NCBI GenBank assembly: GCA_031414535.1
Contig: JANNVQ010000002.1
Span: 1 to 64,000 of the forward strand
Length of the DNA: 64,000 nucleotides
Origin: Gemmatimonas sp.
GTDB lineage: Bacteria; Gemmatimonadota; Gemmatimonadetes; Gemmatimonadales; Gemmatimonadaceae
Direction of reading: 5' to 3'
The notes beneath the pieces were generated by a model. It was given only the letters and a program-made list of their open reading frames with translations. It searched no databases and was not told the DNA's origin. The translations under genes and the position numbers were made by a program. Positions 9,989 through 22,404 of this stretch are shown here, in pieces (within the stretch, counting starts at the first letter, position 1; every line of letters starts with the position of its first letter).

Positions 9989-10521
9989 TCTCCTCTTCTG
10001 GCACGGCGAGACTGATTGCACTTTCTCGTTCTGGGCTGCTGACAGTGGCGGCTGCGCTCTGGTTCGGTCCGACGCTTCATGCGCAGCAGTCGAGGCCGCC
10101 ACTCAGCGCTGGCCGCGTGACGGGCGAACTCGTGGCCGGGACTTACGCGGGCATCGGTGGGTTCCTGGTTGGCAAATTTGTTGGCGAGCGCCTCGCTGAT
10201 CTCGGCGGCGCAGAAAGTGACCGGGCGATGGACCGCGTGGGTATCACAACGGGGGTGCTGGTCGCCGGCCTCGCGACGGCTGGAACCGTGTACGGCATCG
10301 GCAATATCGGTGACCAAACGGGCGATTTTGACGCCACCTACCTCGGGACCGGCGTCGGCTTCGTGGCTGGTTGGGCAATCTCAAGGGTCATCCTTGGTCC
10401 GGCCGAGCGGCCACGGCAGGGAATGAGCACCGCCATGCGTTGGACCATGGCCAATGTGATTGCCTTGATGCCGAGCATTGGCGCGACGGTGGGGTTCAAC
10501 TCGACGAGGCGGATGAGGTAG
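9985..10521 (+). CDS. Hypothetical Gly-rich membrane/secreted protein
   Basis: ATGA overlap with thrS; signal-like N-terminus (LHA|Q) and several Gly-rich hydrophobic helices. Confidence 0.65.
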   Translation: MISSSGTARLIALSRSGLLTVAAALWFGPTLHAQQSRPPLSAGRVTGELVAGTYAGIGGFLVGKFVGERLADLGGAESDRAMDRVGITTGVLVAGLATAGTVYGIGNIGDQTGDFDATYLGTGVGFVAGWAISRVILGPAERPRQGMSTAMRWTMANVIALMPSIGATVGFNSTRRMR

Positions 10522-10562
10522 GCGCGAACTTTCGGGGCTCTCGGAGGGATTAGTTTTAACGG

Positions 10563-10652
10563 GGACGGATGACGGAAGACGGATGCCGACGGCATTCGCG
10601 CGCCGGCGCCGTCCCCGCCGCCGTTCAAGCATCCGTCATCCGGCATCCGTCC
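10563..10652. repeat. Heptamer-arm inverted-repeat (REP-like) element, copy A
   Basis: Left arm GGACGGATGACGGAAGACGGATGC, right arm GCATCCGTCATCCGGCATCCGTCC. Confidence 0.9.
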
Positions 10653-10653
10653 A

Positions 10654-11874
10654 ATGTCTACACCAGACCGTACCCCCGTCATTATCAGTGCGACCCGCAC
10701 GCCGATTGGTCGCTTTCTGGGCGGACTCGCCCCGCTGACCGCGCCTGAACTGGGCGCCATTGCCATTCGAGAAGCCGTCAGGCGCGCTGGCATTGATGCG
10801 GCCGAGATTGGCGAAGTCATCATGGGCAACGTGCTGCAAGGCGGCGTGGGCCAAGCTCCCGCGCGCCAAGCCATGATCAAGGCTGGAGTTCCCGGCCTCG
10901 TGCCCGCAGTGACCATCAACAAGGTTTGCGGTTCTGGACTGCAAGCCGTGATGCAGGCGGCGCAGGCGATTCGGGCGGGCGATGAGCAGTTGATGGTGGC
11001 TGGCGGCATGGAGTCCATGTCCAACTCGCCGCATTACGTGCGCGGGATGCGCAATGGCGTGAAGTTCGGCGCGCAAACCATGCAGGACGGGCTCATCAAC
11101 GATGGTCTCTGGTGCTCGTTTTACGACCGCCACATGGGTGGGCACGCCGAGTACACCGCCAAGAAGGCGGGCATCACGCGTCAGCGCCAAGATGAGTTTG
11201 CGTTTGCTTCACACCAGAAGGCCGTCGCGGCCATCGAGGCAGGGAAGTTCAAGGCCGAGATCGTCGCCGTTGAGATCGCCGGGAAGAAGCCGGTCGTCGT
11301 GGACACCGACGAGTCGCCACGCAAGGACACGTCCATGGAAGCGCTGGCCAAACTTCGGCCTGCCTTCCCCAAGGACGCGCCCAAGGACATGAAGCCCGAA
11401 GAGCTGACGGTGACGGCGGGCAACGCGCCGGGGCTGAATGACGGCGCCGCTGCCTTGGTGGTGGCCAGTGAGGCATACGCCAAGGCACACGGACTCCCGA
11501 TTCTCGCTCGCATCACGGGCTACGCCTCCGGCGGTGGCGATCCTCAGGATTTGTTCTTCGCGCCGATTGTGGCCGTGCAGAACTTGATGCGGAAAGCGAA
11601 CGCAAGCATCAACGATTACGACCTGATTGAAGCCAACGAAGCCTTTGCGTCGCAGTCGCTCGCTGACGGCGATGGACTCGGGTGGGCCTGGGACCGCGTC
11701 AACGTCAATGGCGGCGCAATCGCACTGGGTCATCCAATTGGCGCCTCGGGTGCGCGCGTGTTGGTGACCCTGCTGCACGCCTTGAGCGAGCGAAATCTCC
11801 GCACGGGCTTGGCGACGCTGTGTTTGGGCGGCGGGAATGCGGTGGCGCTGTCGGTGGAACGCGTCTCAGTCTGA
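10654..11874 (+). CDS. Acetyl-CoA C-acetyltransferase (thiolase)
   Basis: [26 protein letters not shown] and TLCLGGG thiolase motifs. Confidence 0.96.
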   Translation: MSTPDRTPVIISATRTPIGRFLGGLAPLTAPELGAIAIREAVRRAGIDAAEIGEVIMGNVLQGGVGQAPARQAMIKAGVPGLVPAVTINKVCGSGLQAVMQAAQAIRAGDEQLMVAGGMESMSNSPHYVRGMRNGVKFGAQTMQDGLINDGLWCSFYDRHMGGHAEYTAKKAGITRQRQDEFAFASHQKAVAAIEAGKFKAEIVAVEIAGKKPVVVDTDESPRKDTSMEALAKLRPAFPKDAPKDMKPEELTVTAGNAPGLNDGAAALVVASEAYAKAHGLPILARITGYASGGGDPQDLFFAPIVAVQNLMRKANASINDYDLIEANEAFASQSLADGDGLGWAWDRVNVNGGAIALGHPIGASGARVLVTLLHALSERNLRTGLATLCLGGGNAVALSVERVSV

Positions 11875-11878
11875 AACT

Positions 11879-11958
11879 GGACGGAAGACGGATGACGGAT
11901 GCTAACAGCGGGGGCTCTCGGGCTCCCGTTTTTAGCATCCGTCATCCGTCTTCCGTCC
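11879..11958. repeat. Heptamer-arm inverted-repeat element, copy B
   Basis: GGACGGAAGACGGATGACGGATGCTAA ... TTAGCATCCGTCATCCGTCTTCCGTCC, a perfect 27-bp stem. Confidence 0.92.
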
Positions 11959-11990
11959 CAAATCCCGCTCAAACCCGCTATTTTTCCGCG

Positions 11991-12851
11991 ATGCCTCAGA
12001 CCACTGAAAAATTCGCCGTTGTCGGTGCCGGCCAGATGGGCAATGGTATCGCCCACGTCTGCGCGACCAACGGTTTTGATGTCGTCCTCATTGATGTGTC
12101 TGCCGACGCCTTGGCCAAGGCGAAGGCGACGATTGAGAAGAATCTTGATCGCCAAGTAAAAAAGGGCGCGCTCGAAGCCGCCGCAGCCCAGGCCGCGCTG
12201 GCGCGCATCCAGACGAGCACGTCATTGGATGCGGTGAAGGACGCGACGATCTGCGTGGAAGCGGCCTCGGAGCGCAAGGATCTCAAGTTCCAGATCTTCC
12301 GCGACTTGGACCGATTGGCTCCCGCGGGTGCCATCCTCGCCACCAACACCAGCTCCATCTCCATCACAGAGATTGCGGCGGTGACCAAGCGGCCCGAACT
12401 CGTGATCGGGATGCACTTTATGAATCCCGTGCCGGTGATGCAGCTCGTGGAGGTCATCCGCGGGCTCGCCACGACGGACGCCACGAATTCGAAGACCGTT
12501 GAGCTCGCGAAGGCGCTCGGGAAGACGCCCGTCGAAGCCAACGACTTTCCCGGGTTTATCGCTAATCGCATCCTGATGCCGATGATTAATGAGGCATGCT
12601 ACGCCGTGATGGAAGGCGTCGGCACGCCGGAGGCGGTAGATCAGGTGATGAAGCTCGGAATGAACCATCCGATGGGGCCGTTGACGCTCGCGGATTTCAT
12701 TGGTCTCGACACCTGCGTCGCGATTCTCGAAGTGCTACATGAAGGACTCGGCGATCCCAAGTATCGCCCCTGCCCGCTGCTCAAGAAGTACGTCGCGGCG
12801 GGATGGCTTGGCCGCAAGAGCGGTCGCGGTTTTTACACCTATGCGAGTTGA
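11991..12851 (+). CDS. hbd: 3-hydroxybutyryl-CoA dehydrogenase
   Basis: [44 protein letters not shown]. True start ATG 11991; the ORF-track extension runs through a repeat. Confidence 0.93.
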   Translation: MPQTTEKFAVVGAGQMGNGIAHVCATNGFDVVLIDVSADALAKAKATIEKNLDRQVKKGALEAAAAQAALARIQTSTSLDAVKDATICVEAASERKDLKFQIFRDLDRLAPAGAILATNTSSISITEIAAVTKRPELVIGMHFMNPVPVMQLVEVIRGLATTDATNSKTVELAKALGKTPVEANDFPGFIANRILMPMINEACYAVMEGVGTPEAVDQVMKLGMNHPMGPLTLADFIGLDTCVAILEVLHEGLGDPKYRPCPLLKKYVAAGWLGRKSGRGFYTYAS

Positions 12852-12855
12852 GTTG

Positions 12856-14055
12856 ATGAGCACCTGGACCGGCAGTGCCGTGACGCACCGCGGTATCATC
12901 GCGATGACGGAAGAGCAGCAGGCCATCGTCTCCACGGCGAAGGCCTTCGCTGACGAGCACGTGCGTCCGTTCGCGGCGCAGTGGGATCGCGATTCGCACT
13001 TTGAGCCCTCGCTCGTCGGCAAACTCGGCGAACTCGGATTCCTCGGTATGCTGTTGCCTGAGGAGTACGGCGGACTCGGCCTCGACGCCAAGAGTTACCT
13101 GCTCGCGCTCGAGGAGATTGCCGCGGCAGACGCGAGCACGGCCGTGATGATGTCGGTACACAACTCGCTGCCGACGCAGATGCTCAACACGCACGGCACC
13201 GACGCGCAGAAGCGCGCCTTCCTGACGCCGCTGGCGCGCGGTGAGATGCTCGGGGCCTTCGCGCTGTCGGAGTCCGACGCTGGTTCGGATGCCTCGGCCA
13301 TCCGTTGTCAGGCCGTGCGCGACGGTAACGATTGGATTGTGAACGGCTCCAAGGCTTGGATTACCAGCGGCACGCACGCGGGCGTCGTTATCGCCATGAT
13401 CCGCACCGATACAGCCGAGGACCGCCGCCGCTCCAAGGGTATCTCGGCGTTCATCCTGACGCCGGACCTTCCGGGCTTCCACGTCGGCAAGAAGGAAGAC
13501 AAGCTCGGCATGCGCGCATCGCCCACGGTGACGCTCAACTTCGACAACATGCGTGTGCCAGCAAATCGCATGCTCGGCGCTGAGGGCATGGGCTTCATCT
13601 ACGCGATGCAGTCCCTGGTGCACGGACGCCTCGGCATCGCGGCGCAGGCCATTGGCATTGCGCGTGCGGCCTTCGAAGCTGCCGCCGCCTACGCCAACGA
13701 GCGCAAGCAGTTTGGCACGGCAATCGCGCAGTTCCAAGGCGTGCAGTTTAAGCTCGCCGATATGGTCACCCGAATCACGGCGGCTCGCGCGATGCTGCAC
13801 GAGACCGCCTCGGCGAAAGACGCCGGCGTGGACGTGGATGCGCAGGCCTCAATGTGCAAGCTCTTTGCCAGCGAGACGGCAATGTGGGTCACGACGAACG
13901 CGATTCAGATCTTTGGCGGATACGGCTACGTGAAGGAGTATCCGGTGGAGAAGTATTTCCGAGACGCGAAGGTCACGGAGATTTATGAGGGCACGTCTGA
14001 GGTGCAGCGGATTGTGATTGGGCGTGCGGTGAGTGAGTTGGCACGGGACGGATGA
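12856..14055 (+). CDS. Acyl-CoA dehydrogenase
   Basis: FALSESDAGSD, NGSKAWIT, GRLGIAAQ, RKQFG, GGYGY and IYEGTSE motifs. Confidence 0.95.
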   Translation: MSTWTGSAVTHRGIIAMTEEQQAIVSTAKAFADEHVRPFAAQWDRDSHFEPSLVGKLGELGFLGMLLPEEYGGLGLDAKSYLLALEEIAAADASTAVMMSVHNSLPTQMLNTHGTDAQKRAFLTPLARGEMLGAFALSESDAGSDASAIRCQAVRDGNDWIVNGSKAWITSGTHAGVVIAMIRTDTAEDRRRSKGISAFILTPDLPGFHVGKKEDKLGMRASPTVTLNFDNMRVPANRMLGAEGMGFIYAMQSLVHGRLGIAAQAIGIARAAFEAAAAYANERKQFGTAIAQFQGVQFKLADMVTRITAARAMLHETASAKDAGVDVDAQASMCKLFASETAMWVTTNAIQIFGGYGYVKEYPVEKYFRDAKVTEIYEGTSEVQRIVIGRAVSELARDG

Positions 14056-14138
14056 CGGATGACGGATGCATTGGCATCCGCGAGCTGTCAGCCATTCCCG
14101 CGTAGTTGCAGTTTGCATCCGTCATCCGTCTTCCGTCC
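14046..14138. repeat. Heptamer-arm inverted-repeat element, copy C
   Basis: GGACGGATGACGGATGACGGATGCA ... TGCATCCGTCATCCGTCTTCCGTCC. The left arm supplies the TGA stop of the upstream gene. Confidence 0.9.
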
Positions 14139-14162
14139 ATTTCCCGTGCCATTCGAATACCA

Positions 14163-15239
14163 ATGAAACTGTTTGATACAATCGCGAAGCTCGGCCACGA
14201 ACAACTCGTTCTCTGTGCCGACGAGTCCGCTGGCTATCGCGGCATCATCGCGATTCACGACACCACTCTCGGCCCCGCACTCGGTGGCACGCGCTTCTGG
14301 AACTACAATTCCGACGAAGAAGCCATCACGGATGCGCTGCGCCTCGCGCGCGGCATGACGTACAAGAACGCGGTGGCTGGCCTCAACCTGGGCGGCGGCA
14401 AGTCGGTCATCATTGGGGACAACCGCACCACCAACCGCGAGATGATTTTCCGCGCCCACGGGCGCTTCGTGGAGTCCCTCGGCGGCCGTTACGTCACGGC
14501 TGAGGACGTTGGTACGGGGACGAGTGATATGGACTTCGTGCACATGGAGACCGAGTATGTGGCCGGTCTCGCCAACAAGTCTGGCGATCCATCGCCGGTG
14601 ACGGCACGCGGTGTGTTCCGTGCCATCGAAGCCTCGGCCAAGCAGCGCTGGGGCTCGGCATCGCTCGAGGGCAAGACGGTGCTGGTGCAGGGCCTCGGCA
14701 ACGTCGGGACCTATCTCTGCCGCGAGCTGCATGCGGTGGGTGCCAAGCTCATCGTCACGGACATCCGTCCCGAGCGGGTGAAGAGAATCGTTGAAGAGTT
14801 CGGTGCGAAAGCCGTGGTTGGTGACGCCATTTATGCCGAGAAGGCCGATGTGTTCGCGCCCTGCGCGCTCGGTGCCATCATCAACGACGACACCATCCCG
14901 AAGCTCAAGGTGGAGATCGTGTGCGGCGGCGCCAACAACCAGTTGCTCGATGCCGAGAAGCACGGCGAGGCGCTGGAAAAGAAGGGCATCTTCTATACGC
15001 CTGACTTCGTGGCCAATGCTGGCGGCGTCATCAACGTGTACGGCGAAGTCGCCGGCTGGTCGCGCGAGCGCGCGCTGCGCAAGGCCGATGAGATTTACGA
15101 CACGGTGCTCGGCGTCTACAAAATTGCCAAGGACCATGGGATGCTGACGTATCTCGCGGCTGACAAGCTGGCTGAGCAGCGCATCGCGGCTGTGCACGGC
15201 ATGATGCGCACCTGGCCGCAGTGGCCGCGGAAGAGCTGA
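14163..15239 (+). CDS. Leucine dehydrogenase (Glu/Leu/Phe/Val dehydrogenase family)
   Basis: GPALGGTR, GMTYK, GGGKSV, AEDVGT, GLGNVG, GANNQ and NAGG motifs. Confidence 0.93.
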   Translation: MKLFDTIAKLGHEQLVLCADESAGYRGIIAIHDTTLGPALGGTRFWNYNSDEEAITDALRLARGMTYKNAVAGLNLGGGKSVIIGDNRTTNREMIFRAHGRFVESLGGRYVTAEDVGTGTSDMDFVHMETEYVAGLANKSGDPSPVTARGVFRAIEASAKQRWGSASLEGKTVLVQGLGNVGTYLCRELHAVGAKLIVTDIRPERVKRIVEEFGAKAVVGDAIYAEKADVFAPCALGAIINDDTIPKLKVEIVCGGANNQLLDAEKHGEALEKKGIFYTPDFVANAGGVINVYGEVAGWSRERALRKADEIYDTVLGVYKIAKDHGMLTYLAADKLAEQRIAAVHGMMRTWPQWPRKS

Positions 15240-15241
15240 CC

Positions 15242-15703
15242 GTGGCTGAGCGCATCCCGATTGCCTCGGACCACGCGGGCTACGAACTCAAGCAGCATTT
15301 GAGCCGTGCCCTCACGGAGCTGGGTTATGACGTGGAGGACCTCGGCACCAACTCACCGTCGTCCACGGACTATCCGGACTACGCGCACCCACTAGCGGAA
15401 ATGGTGGAGCGGGGAGAAGTGAAGCGCGGCGTGTTGCTTTGCGGTACGGGGCTCGGCATGAGCTATGCAGCCAATCGCCATCACGGGGTGCGGGCTGCCG
15501 TGGCGTGGACGCCGGAAATTGCGGGACTCGCGCGTCAACACAATGATGCAAATGTGCTGGTGCTTCCCGCGCGGTTTGTGAGCGAGGAAGACGGCGTGAA
15601 GATTTTGAGAACGTGGTTGGAGACGCCATTTGAAGGTGGCCGCCACCAAAAGCGCGTTGACAAGATTGAATCCACGGGCCATGAGCCCTCGGGGGACAAG
15701 TGA
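15242..15703 (+). CDS. rpiB: Ribose-5-phosphate isomerase B
   Basis: SDHAG, DYPD, CGTGLG, HNDANVL and FEGGRH motifs. Confidence 0.95.
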   Translation: MAERIPIASDHAGYELKQHLSRALTELGYDVEDLGTNSPSSTDYPDYAHPLAEMVERGEVKRGVLLCGTGLGMSYAANRHHGVRAAVAWTPEIAGLARQHNDANVLVLPARFVSEEDGVKILRTWLETPFEGGRHQKRVDKIESTGHEPSGDK

Positions 15704-16977
15704 AGCCAGGTTGGAACAATTGGGACCGCCGCCTACCCGGCGAGATGCTACGCACTGCCGATCCGGAGATTGCGGCGCTCATTGCCGAGGAGACGAAACG
15801 GCAGAGTGAGGGCTTGGAACTCATTGCTAGCGAGAACTTCGTCTCGCCGGCCGTGCTCGAGGCCACGGGATCATCGCTCACCAACAAGTACGCCGAAGGC
15901 TTGCCAGGCAAGCGCTACTACGGCGGCTGCGAAGTGGTGGACAAAGTGGAGCAGTTGGCCATCGATCGCGTGAAGAAGTTGTTCGGCGCCGATCACGCCA
16001 ACGTGCAGCCGCACTCCGGCGCCACGGCCAATGCGGCGGTGTATCTGGCCTTTTTGAAGCCCGGTGATACCGTGCTCGGACTCGACCTCTCACAGGGCGG
16101 GCATCTCACCCACGGCTCGCCGGTGAACTTCTCTGGTTTGAACTACCGCGCGGTGCACTATGGCGTGACCGACGAGGGGCTCATTGACTACGCGCAGATG
16201 CGTGAAGTGGCGCGTCGCGAGAAGCCCAAGATGATTATTGCTGGGTACAGCGCGTACTCGCGCGTGCTTGACTACCAGCAGTTTGCCGACGCCGCCAAGG
16301 AAGTGGGCGCCATCTTCATGGTGGACATGGCGCACTTCGCCGGTCTCGCGGCCACCGGGGTGTATCCGAGTCCCGTTCCGTTTGCCGACGTCATCACGAC
16401 GACCACGCACAAGACGCTGCGTGGACCGCGCGGTGGGCTGATTCTCTGCAAGGCCGAGCACGCCAAGGCCGTGGACAAGGCGATGTTCCCGGGCACGCAG
16501 GGTGGACCGCTCGAGCACGTGATTGCCGCGAAGGCCGTGGCATTTCTCGAGGCCCTGCGTCCTGAGTTCAAGGAGTACTGCGTGCAGGTGGTGAAGAACG
16601 CGCAGGCCTTGGCCAAGGCCCTGATGGCCAAGAATGTGCACGTGGTGTCCGGTGGGACGGACAATCACCTGATGCTCTGCGACCTGCGGCCACGCGGTGC
16701 AACGCTCACGGGCAAGCTGGCCGAGCATGCATTGGACCGCGCTGGCATCACGGTGAACAAGAACACCGTACCCAAGGAGACGCAGTCTCCGTTTGTGACG
16801 AGCGGCATTCGCATTGGGACGCCGGCCGTGACGACGCGTGGTATGGGAGAACAGGAGATGGTGCAAATCGCCGATTTGATCGATCGCGTCCTCGCGGCGC
16901 CAGAAGACGCAGCGGTCACGGCCTCGGTGAAGCGTGAAGTCCACGCGATGACCGCCGAGTTTCCGCTGTATCTTTGA
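15700..16977 (+). CDS. glyA: Serine hydroxymethyltransferase
   Basis: LIASEN, NKYAEG, GGHLTHG, PLP lysine motif [21 protein letters not shown]. Confidence 0.98.
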   Translation: MKPGWNNWDRRLPGEMLRTADPEIAALIAEETKRQSEGLELIASENFVSPAVLEATGSSLTNKYAEGLPGKRYYGGCEVVDKVEQLAIDRVKKLFGADHANVQPHSGATANAAVYLAFLKPGDTVLGLDLSQGGHLTHGSPVNFSGLNYRAVHYGVTDEGLIDYAQMREVARREKPKMIIAGYSAYSRVLDYQQFADAAKEVGAIFMVDMAHFAGLAATGVYPSPVPFADVITTTTHKTLRGPRGGLILCKAEHAKAVDKAMFPGTQGGPLEHVIAAKAVAFLEALRPEFKEYCVQVVKNAQALAKALMAKNVHVVSGGTDNHLMLCDLRPRGATLTGKLAEHALDRAGITVNKNTVPKETQSPFVTSGIRIGTPAVTTRGMGEQEMVQIADLIDRVLAAPEDAAVTASVKREVHAMTAEFPLYL

Positions 16978-16983
16978 AACACG

Positions 16984-17370
16984 ATGCCTGAACTCGCGTT
17001 CCGTGATGGGGTGATGGACCGGATTCGCCTACGCGAGTCCCGGTACGACGAGCGTGCGTATCTGTTTGTGCTGGCGGGCTTGGAGTTCGTGCAGCAGAAG
17101 TTGCCGGAGCGCCGTCATCTGACAGGCAAGGAACTCGCGCACGGGTGCCGGGAGTTGGCGCTCGCGCGCTATGGAGTGCTCGCGCGCACCGTGCTCGAGC
17201 ACTGGGGCATTCGGGAAACCTTGGATATTGGCGAGATTGTGTTCACGCTGGTGGACACGGGGCTTCTGATGAGTCAGGCGCAAGACAAGAAGGAAGATTT
17301 CGCGGACGCGTTTGATTTCCACGAGGCGTTTGACCGCGCTTATCCGTGGACCACGCCAGCCGACGCCTGA
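16984..17370 (+). CDS. Minf_1886-like conserved protein
   Basis: RY..RAY.FV, 'RHLTGKEL', 'VLEHWGI..T.DIGEIVF.LV' and 'EDF' pattern recognised from this family. Confidence 0.75.
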   Translation: MPELAFRDGVMDRIRLRESRYDERAYLFVLAGLEFVQQKLPERRHLTGKELAHGCRELALARYGVLARTVLEHWGIRETLDIGEIVFTLVDTGLLMSQAQDKKEDFADAFDFHEAFDRAYPWTTPADA

Positions 17371-17395
17371 GGCGTCGGCGGATGAGCGCATCGCG

Positions 17396-18931
17396 ATGAC
17401 GGCACGGGTCACGACGGCGGAGCAGGCGGCGGCGCGCGATGCCGCTGTCATCGCGAGCGGCAGGCCGAGCTACGAGCTTATGCGCGCGGCCGGGACGGCG
17501 GCAGCCAACGCGATTCTCGCACACATCACCGACGTGCGCACTGCTGGAGCGCTGGTCTTCTGTGGCTCCGGCAACAATGGCGGCGATGGCTGGATTGTTG
17601 CCGCCGCGCTGGCGCGTGAAGGTTGCCCAGTGAGCGTGGTGGAAGTCGCCGCGCCGACGACAGCTGACGCGGCGCTTGCGCGCGACGAATCCCGTACGAT
17701 TCTCGCTGCCGCCTCGGACGCTCGGCATCCGGTGGTCGTGGTGGATGCCCTAATTGGCACGGGCGCGGCCGGGGAACTGCGCGAGACCATGCACCCGTAC
17801 GTTGATGCGATTGCCAAGGCGCGTCGAGAAGGCGCGCGTGTTGTGGCGTTGGATGTGCCTAGTGGCATAGACGCGACCACGGGCGAGGGCGGGCGCGTGG
17901 TGTGTGCGGATATTACGCTGACTTTTGGGTCGGTGAAGCGCGGCCTGCTGTTGAGGCGCGACGAGTGTGGTGCCATCGTCTGTTTGGACATTGGACTTGG
18001 CGTACACGCAGACCTCGAAGACGGCGCGCCTACGCTCGTGGACGTGGCGATGGTAGCGGCGGCCATTCCGCCGATTCCCAGTGATGCGCACAAAGGCGTG
18101 CGTCGTCGCTTGGCCATCGTGGGCGGCGGCGAAGGGATGGCCGGAGCGCCCATGCTCGCGGCGCGTGGCGCGATGCGCAGCGGAATTGGCATGGTGCGTT
18201 TGCTCGTGTCGCCAACGAATGTGCCCGTGGTGCAGGCCGCACTTCCGGAGACCATGGCCGGACGATGGCCCGTCACCGCCGAGGATCAGGACCGCGTGCT
18301 GGCGTGGTCGCACTGTTTGCTGCTGGGTCCCGGCTTAGGTCGCACCGCGATGACGCGCGCCTTGATTGAACGGCTGCTCGTGGCGTGGAAGGGACCAGTC
18401 GTGCTTGATGCGGACGCGCTCAACGTCTTCGAGGGCGAGCCGCGCATGCTCGGCTCGCTGCTGGGGGCGCGGCCTGCGATTGTCACACCGCATCCGGTGG
18501 AGGCTGGTCGCCTGCTGCGCCGTGATGGAGCCTCCGTGAGTGCTGACCGCTTTACCGTAGGAACCGAGCTTGCCAAGCAACTCGGCGCGACCGTAGTGCT
18601 GAAGGGAGTGCCGACCGTCATCAGCGCACCGGACGGCCGTGTGGCCGTGAGCGCGCGGGGCAGTCCCACGCTCGGCGCCGCGGGCAGTGGGGATGTGCTT
18701 GCCGGCATCGTGGCAACGCTACTCGCGCAAACAGGAGATCCCTTTGCGGCCGCCTGCGCCGCCGCGTGGGTGCACGGCCGCGCGGGTGAGATTGCCGCGG
18801 CGCAAGGCTCCGTGCGCGGCACCTCGCTTGAGGACGTGGTGATGGCGCTGCGCACGGCCTGGCGACTGGACGAGGAGGTGCATCATCCTGCCGTACTCGC
18901 CACGCTGCCGGCCTTGGGCAGCGTCCGATGA
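17396..18931 (+). CDS. nnr: Bifunctional NAD(P)H-hydrate epimerase/dehydratase
   Basis: GSGNNGGDG, VDALIGTG, DVPSG, HKG, GPGLG, DADAL, TPHPVE and GSGDVLAG motifs. Confidence 0.93.
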   Translation: MTARVTTAEQAAARDAAVIASGRPSYELMRAAGTAAANAILAHITDVRTAGALVFCGSGNNGGDGWIVAAALAREGCPVSVVEVAAPTTADAALARDESRTILAAASDARHPVVVVDALIGTGAAGELRETMHPYVDAIAKARREGARVVALDVPSGIDATTGEGGRVVCADITLTFGSVKRGLLLRRDECGAIVCLDIGLGVHADLEDGAPTLVDVAMVAAAIPPIPSDAHKGVRRRLAIVGGGEGMAGAPMLAARGAMRSGIGMVRLLVSPTNVPVVQAALPETMAGRWPVTAEDQDRVLAWSHCLLLGPGLGRTAMTRALIERLLVAWKGPVVLDADALNVFEGEPRMLGSLLGARPAIVTPHPVEAGRLLRRDGASVSADRFTVGTELAKQLGATVVLKGVPTVISAPDGRVAVSARGSPTLGAAGSGDVLAGIVATLLAQTGDPFAAACAAAWVHGRAGEIAAAQGSVRGTSLEDVVMALRTAWRLDEEVHHPAVLATLPALGSVR

Positions 18932-19872
18932 ATCGTCACGTGCCGATGGGGCCGGGCAAGGAATTCGATGCCGTGCGTGCGTTGCTCTCACAGTGGGGCA
19001 CGGCAGCGCAGGGCGTGGGCGACGACGGTGCAGTGCTTGATGTGCCCGCCGGCTCGCGTTTGGTGGTGAGCACGGACACGACGGTGGAGGACGTGCACTT
19101 TCGCCGTTCGTGGTTATCGGCGGAGGAAGTGGGCTGGCGTGCCACGCAGGCCGCGTTGAGCGATCTTGCGGCTATGGCGGCGACGCCGCTTGGCGTGTTG
19201 CTCGCGCTGACGGTTCCGGCCAACTGGCGTGGCGAGCTCGCGGCGCTCGCGGAAGGCATCGCGAAGGCCACGCGCTCTGCCAACGCGCCGATCGTGGGCG
19301 GTGACGTCACAGATGGCGATCGTCTCGCGCTAAGCATCACCGTGCTTGGGCACGCGGTTCATCCACTGTCGCGCGCTGGTGCGAGACCTAACGATTTGCT
19401 CTATGTCACGGGTGCACTGGGCGGTCCAGGCGCCGCGCTCGCCGCTTGGGAGTGCGGTGATGCGCCCGCTGCGCCGCATCGAGCGCGTTTTGCATCGCCC
19501 GAGGCGCGCATTGCCGCTGGGCTATGGCTCGCCGCGCATGGCGCGCACGCCGCGATTGATCTTTCCGACGGACTGGCTGGGGACGTGGCGCACCTGGCTG
19601 CCGCGAGCGGCGTGACCTGTGTGCTCGATTTGAACGCGGTGCCCTGTATAGCCGGCGTGGCGGTGGAGCAGGCCGTATCGAGCGGTGAGGAGTACGAATT
19701 GCTTATCACGGCGAGCGCGATTGACCTTGCAGCATTCCGCCGTGCGCACCCCACACTCGCGTTGACGCCGATCGGCCGCGTGGAGGTAGCGCGCGGGGCG
19801 GGTGATGTGCGCGCCGAACGCGATGGCCTCCCAGCGACACTGCCTGGCGCCCACGACCACTTCGCTCGATGA
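18928..19872 (+). CDS. thiL: Thiamine-monophosphate kinase
   Basis: GVGDDGA, STD..VEDVHF, SDLAAM, GGD, IDLSDGL and GEEYEL motifs. Confidence 0.93.
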   Translation: MNRHVPMGPGKEFDAVRALLSQWGTAAQGVGDDGAVLDVPAGSRLVVSTDTTVEDVHFRRSWLSAEEVGWRATQAALSDLAAMAATPLGVLLALTVPANWRGELAALAEGIAKATRSANAPIVGGDVTDGDRLALSITVLGHAVHPLSRAGARPNDLLYVTGALGGPGAALAAWECGDAPAAPHRARFASPEARIAAGLWLAAHGAHAAIDLSDGLAGDVAHLAAASGVTCVLDLNAVPCIAGVAVEQAVSSGEEYELLITASAIDLAAFRRAHPTLALTPIGRVEVARGAGDVRAERDGLPATLPGAHDHFAR

Positions 19873-20609
19873 TTCGCGCCGTCTTCGTATTCATCACGCT
19901 GCTGCTGAGCACCATCACGTTCGGTGGCTGGGCGGTGCTCGCCGGCCTGTTCCGCGTACGGGACGGGATCGGCTCGCCGTACGACCGCTCGCCGCGCTAT
20001 TGGGGTCGCACGGTGCTCTGGGCGAGCGGCGTCAAGCTCGTGGAGCACAACGCGGAGCGAAAGCTTGGCGCTCGGCACATCTTCGCCGTGAACCACGTGG
20101 GCAATTACGATGTGCTGGCGATTGCGGCATCCCTGCGCTGGATGAAGTTCGTGGCCAAGGCCGAGCTCTTCAAGATTCCCGGCTTCGGCAAGGCGATGCT
20201 CTCGGCGGGCATGATTCCGATTGAGCGCGCGAATCGCAAGGCGGCCTTCGGTTCCTATTCATTGGCCACCAAGCGCATCGAAGCGGGCGCCTCCGTGGCC
20301 GTGTATCCGGAGGGCACTCGCGGCAACGCGTATCCGCTGCGGCCCTTCAAGAAGGGCCCGTTTGTGCTCGCCATTCAGGCGCAGGCCCCGGTCGTGCCGG
20401 TGGTTGTGTACGGCCAGCTCGAAGTCCAGTACAAAGGTCAGTTTCGCGTCACGCCAGGGACCATCCATCTGCATTACCTGCCGGCCATCGAAACCGCGGG
20501 GATGAACTACGACGATCGTGACCGACTCGCGCGACTCACCCACGAGGCGATGGCGGGCTGCCTGTTGGAGGTGTACGGGGTGGAGTCACCGCCGTACAAA
20601 GGGGCGTAA
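19869..20609 (+). CDS. plsC: 1-acyl-sn-glycerol-3-phosphate acyltransferase
   Basis: NHx4D, AKAEL, YPEGTR and FKKG motifs. Confidence 0.9.
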   Translation: MIRAVFVFITLLLSTITFGGWAVLAGLFRVRDGIGSPYDRSPRYWGRTVLWASGVKLVEHNAERKLGARHIFAVNHVGNYDVLAIAASLRWMKFVAKAELFKIPGFGKAMLSAGMIPIERANRKAAFGSYSLATKRIEAGASVAVYPEGTRGNAYPLRPFKKGPFVLAIQAQAPVVPVVVYGQLEVQYKGQFRVTPGTIHLHYLPAIETAGMNYDDRDRLARLTHEAMAGCLLEVYGVESPPYKGA

Positions 20610-20629
20610 GTTGGGCTAGTTTTGAGAGG

Positions 20630-22031
<1,402 letters not shown>

Positions 22032-22053
22032 GGCCTAGCGGCTCGAGCGCATC

Positions 22054-22395
22054 ATGGCCACCAAGAAGCGCGCGAGTACGGCAACCGGGGGGCCGGCGGC
22101 TCCCCGCACCCCGGGGTGGATTGCGCTCCGCGTGGGCCTGGGTGTCTTGGTGATTGCCGTGATCTCGTTCGCGGTGCAGGGCGGGGAGTACGGGAGCACC
22201 GACCTGCTGACCCAGAAGAAGCGGCTCGCAGCCCTGACGGTAACAGTGGACTCGCTGCAGCAGCGCGTGGATTCGCTAACGGCGTACAAGCGCGCCGTTG
22301 AGACCGATCCAATCACGCAGGAACGGATTGCGCGCGAGGAATTCGGCATGGTGAAGCCTGGCGAGGTGCTGTACCGGTTTGCGGATCCGCAGTAG
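22054..22395 (+). CDS. ftsB: Septum formation initiator (FtsB/DivIC family)
   Basis: Single TM, coiled coil and ERIAREEFGMVKPGE motif; classic position after eno. Confidence 0.85.
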   Translation: MATKKRASTATGGPAAPRTPGWIALRVGLGVLVIAVISFAVQGGEYGSTDLLTQKKRLAALTVTVDSLQQRVDSLTAYKRAVETDPITQERIAREEFGMVKPGEVLYRFADPQ

Positions 22396-22404
22396 AAGGG
22401 CGGG

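Noticed and set aside
11682..11990. N-terminal extensions of hbd, Leu dehydrogenase (14106) and eno (20643) in the ORF track
   Set aside because: The extensions translate the repeat arms (SVIRHPS/TDDG-like peptides); homology begins at downstream ATGs.
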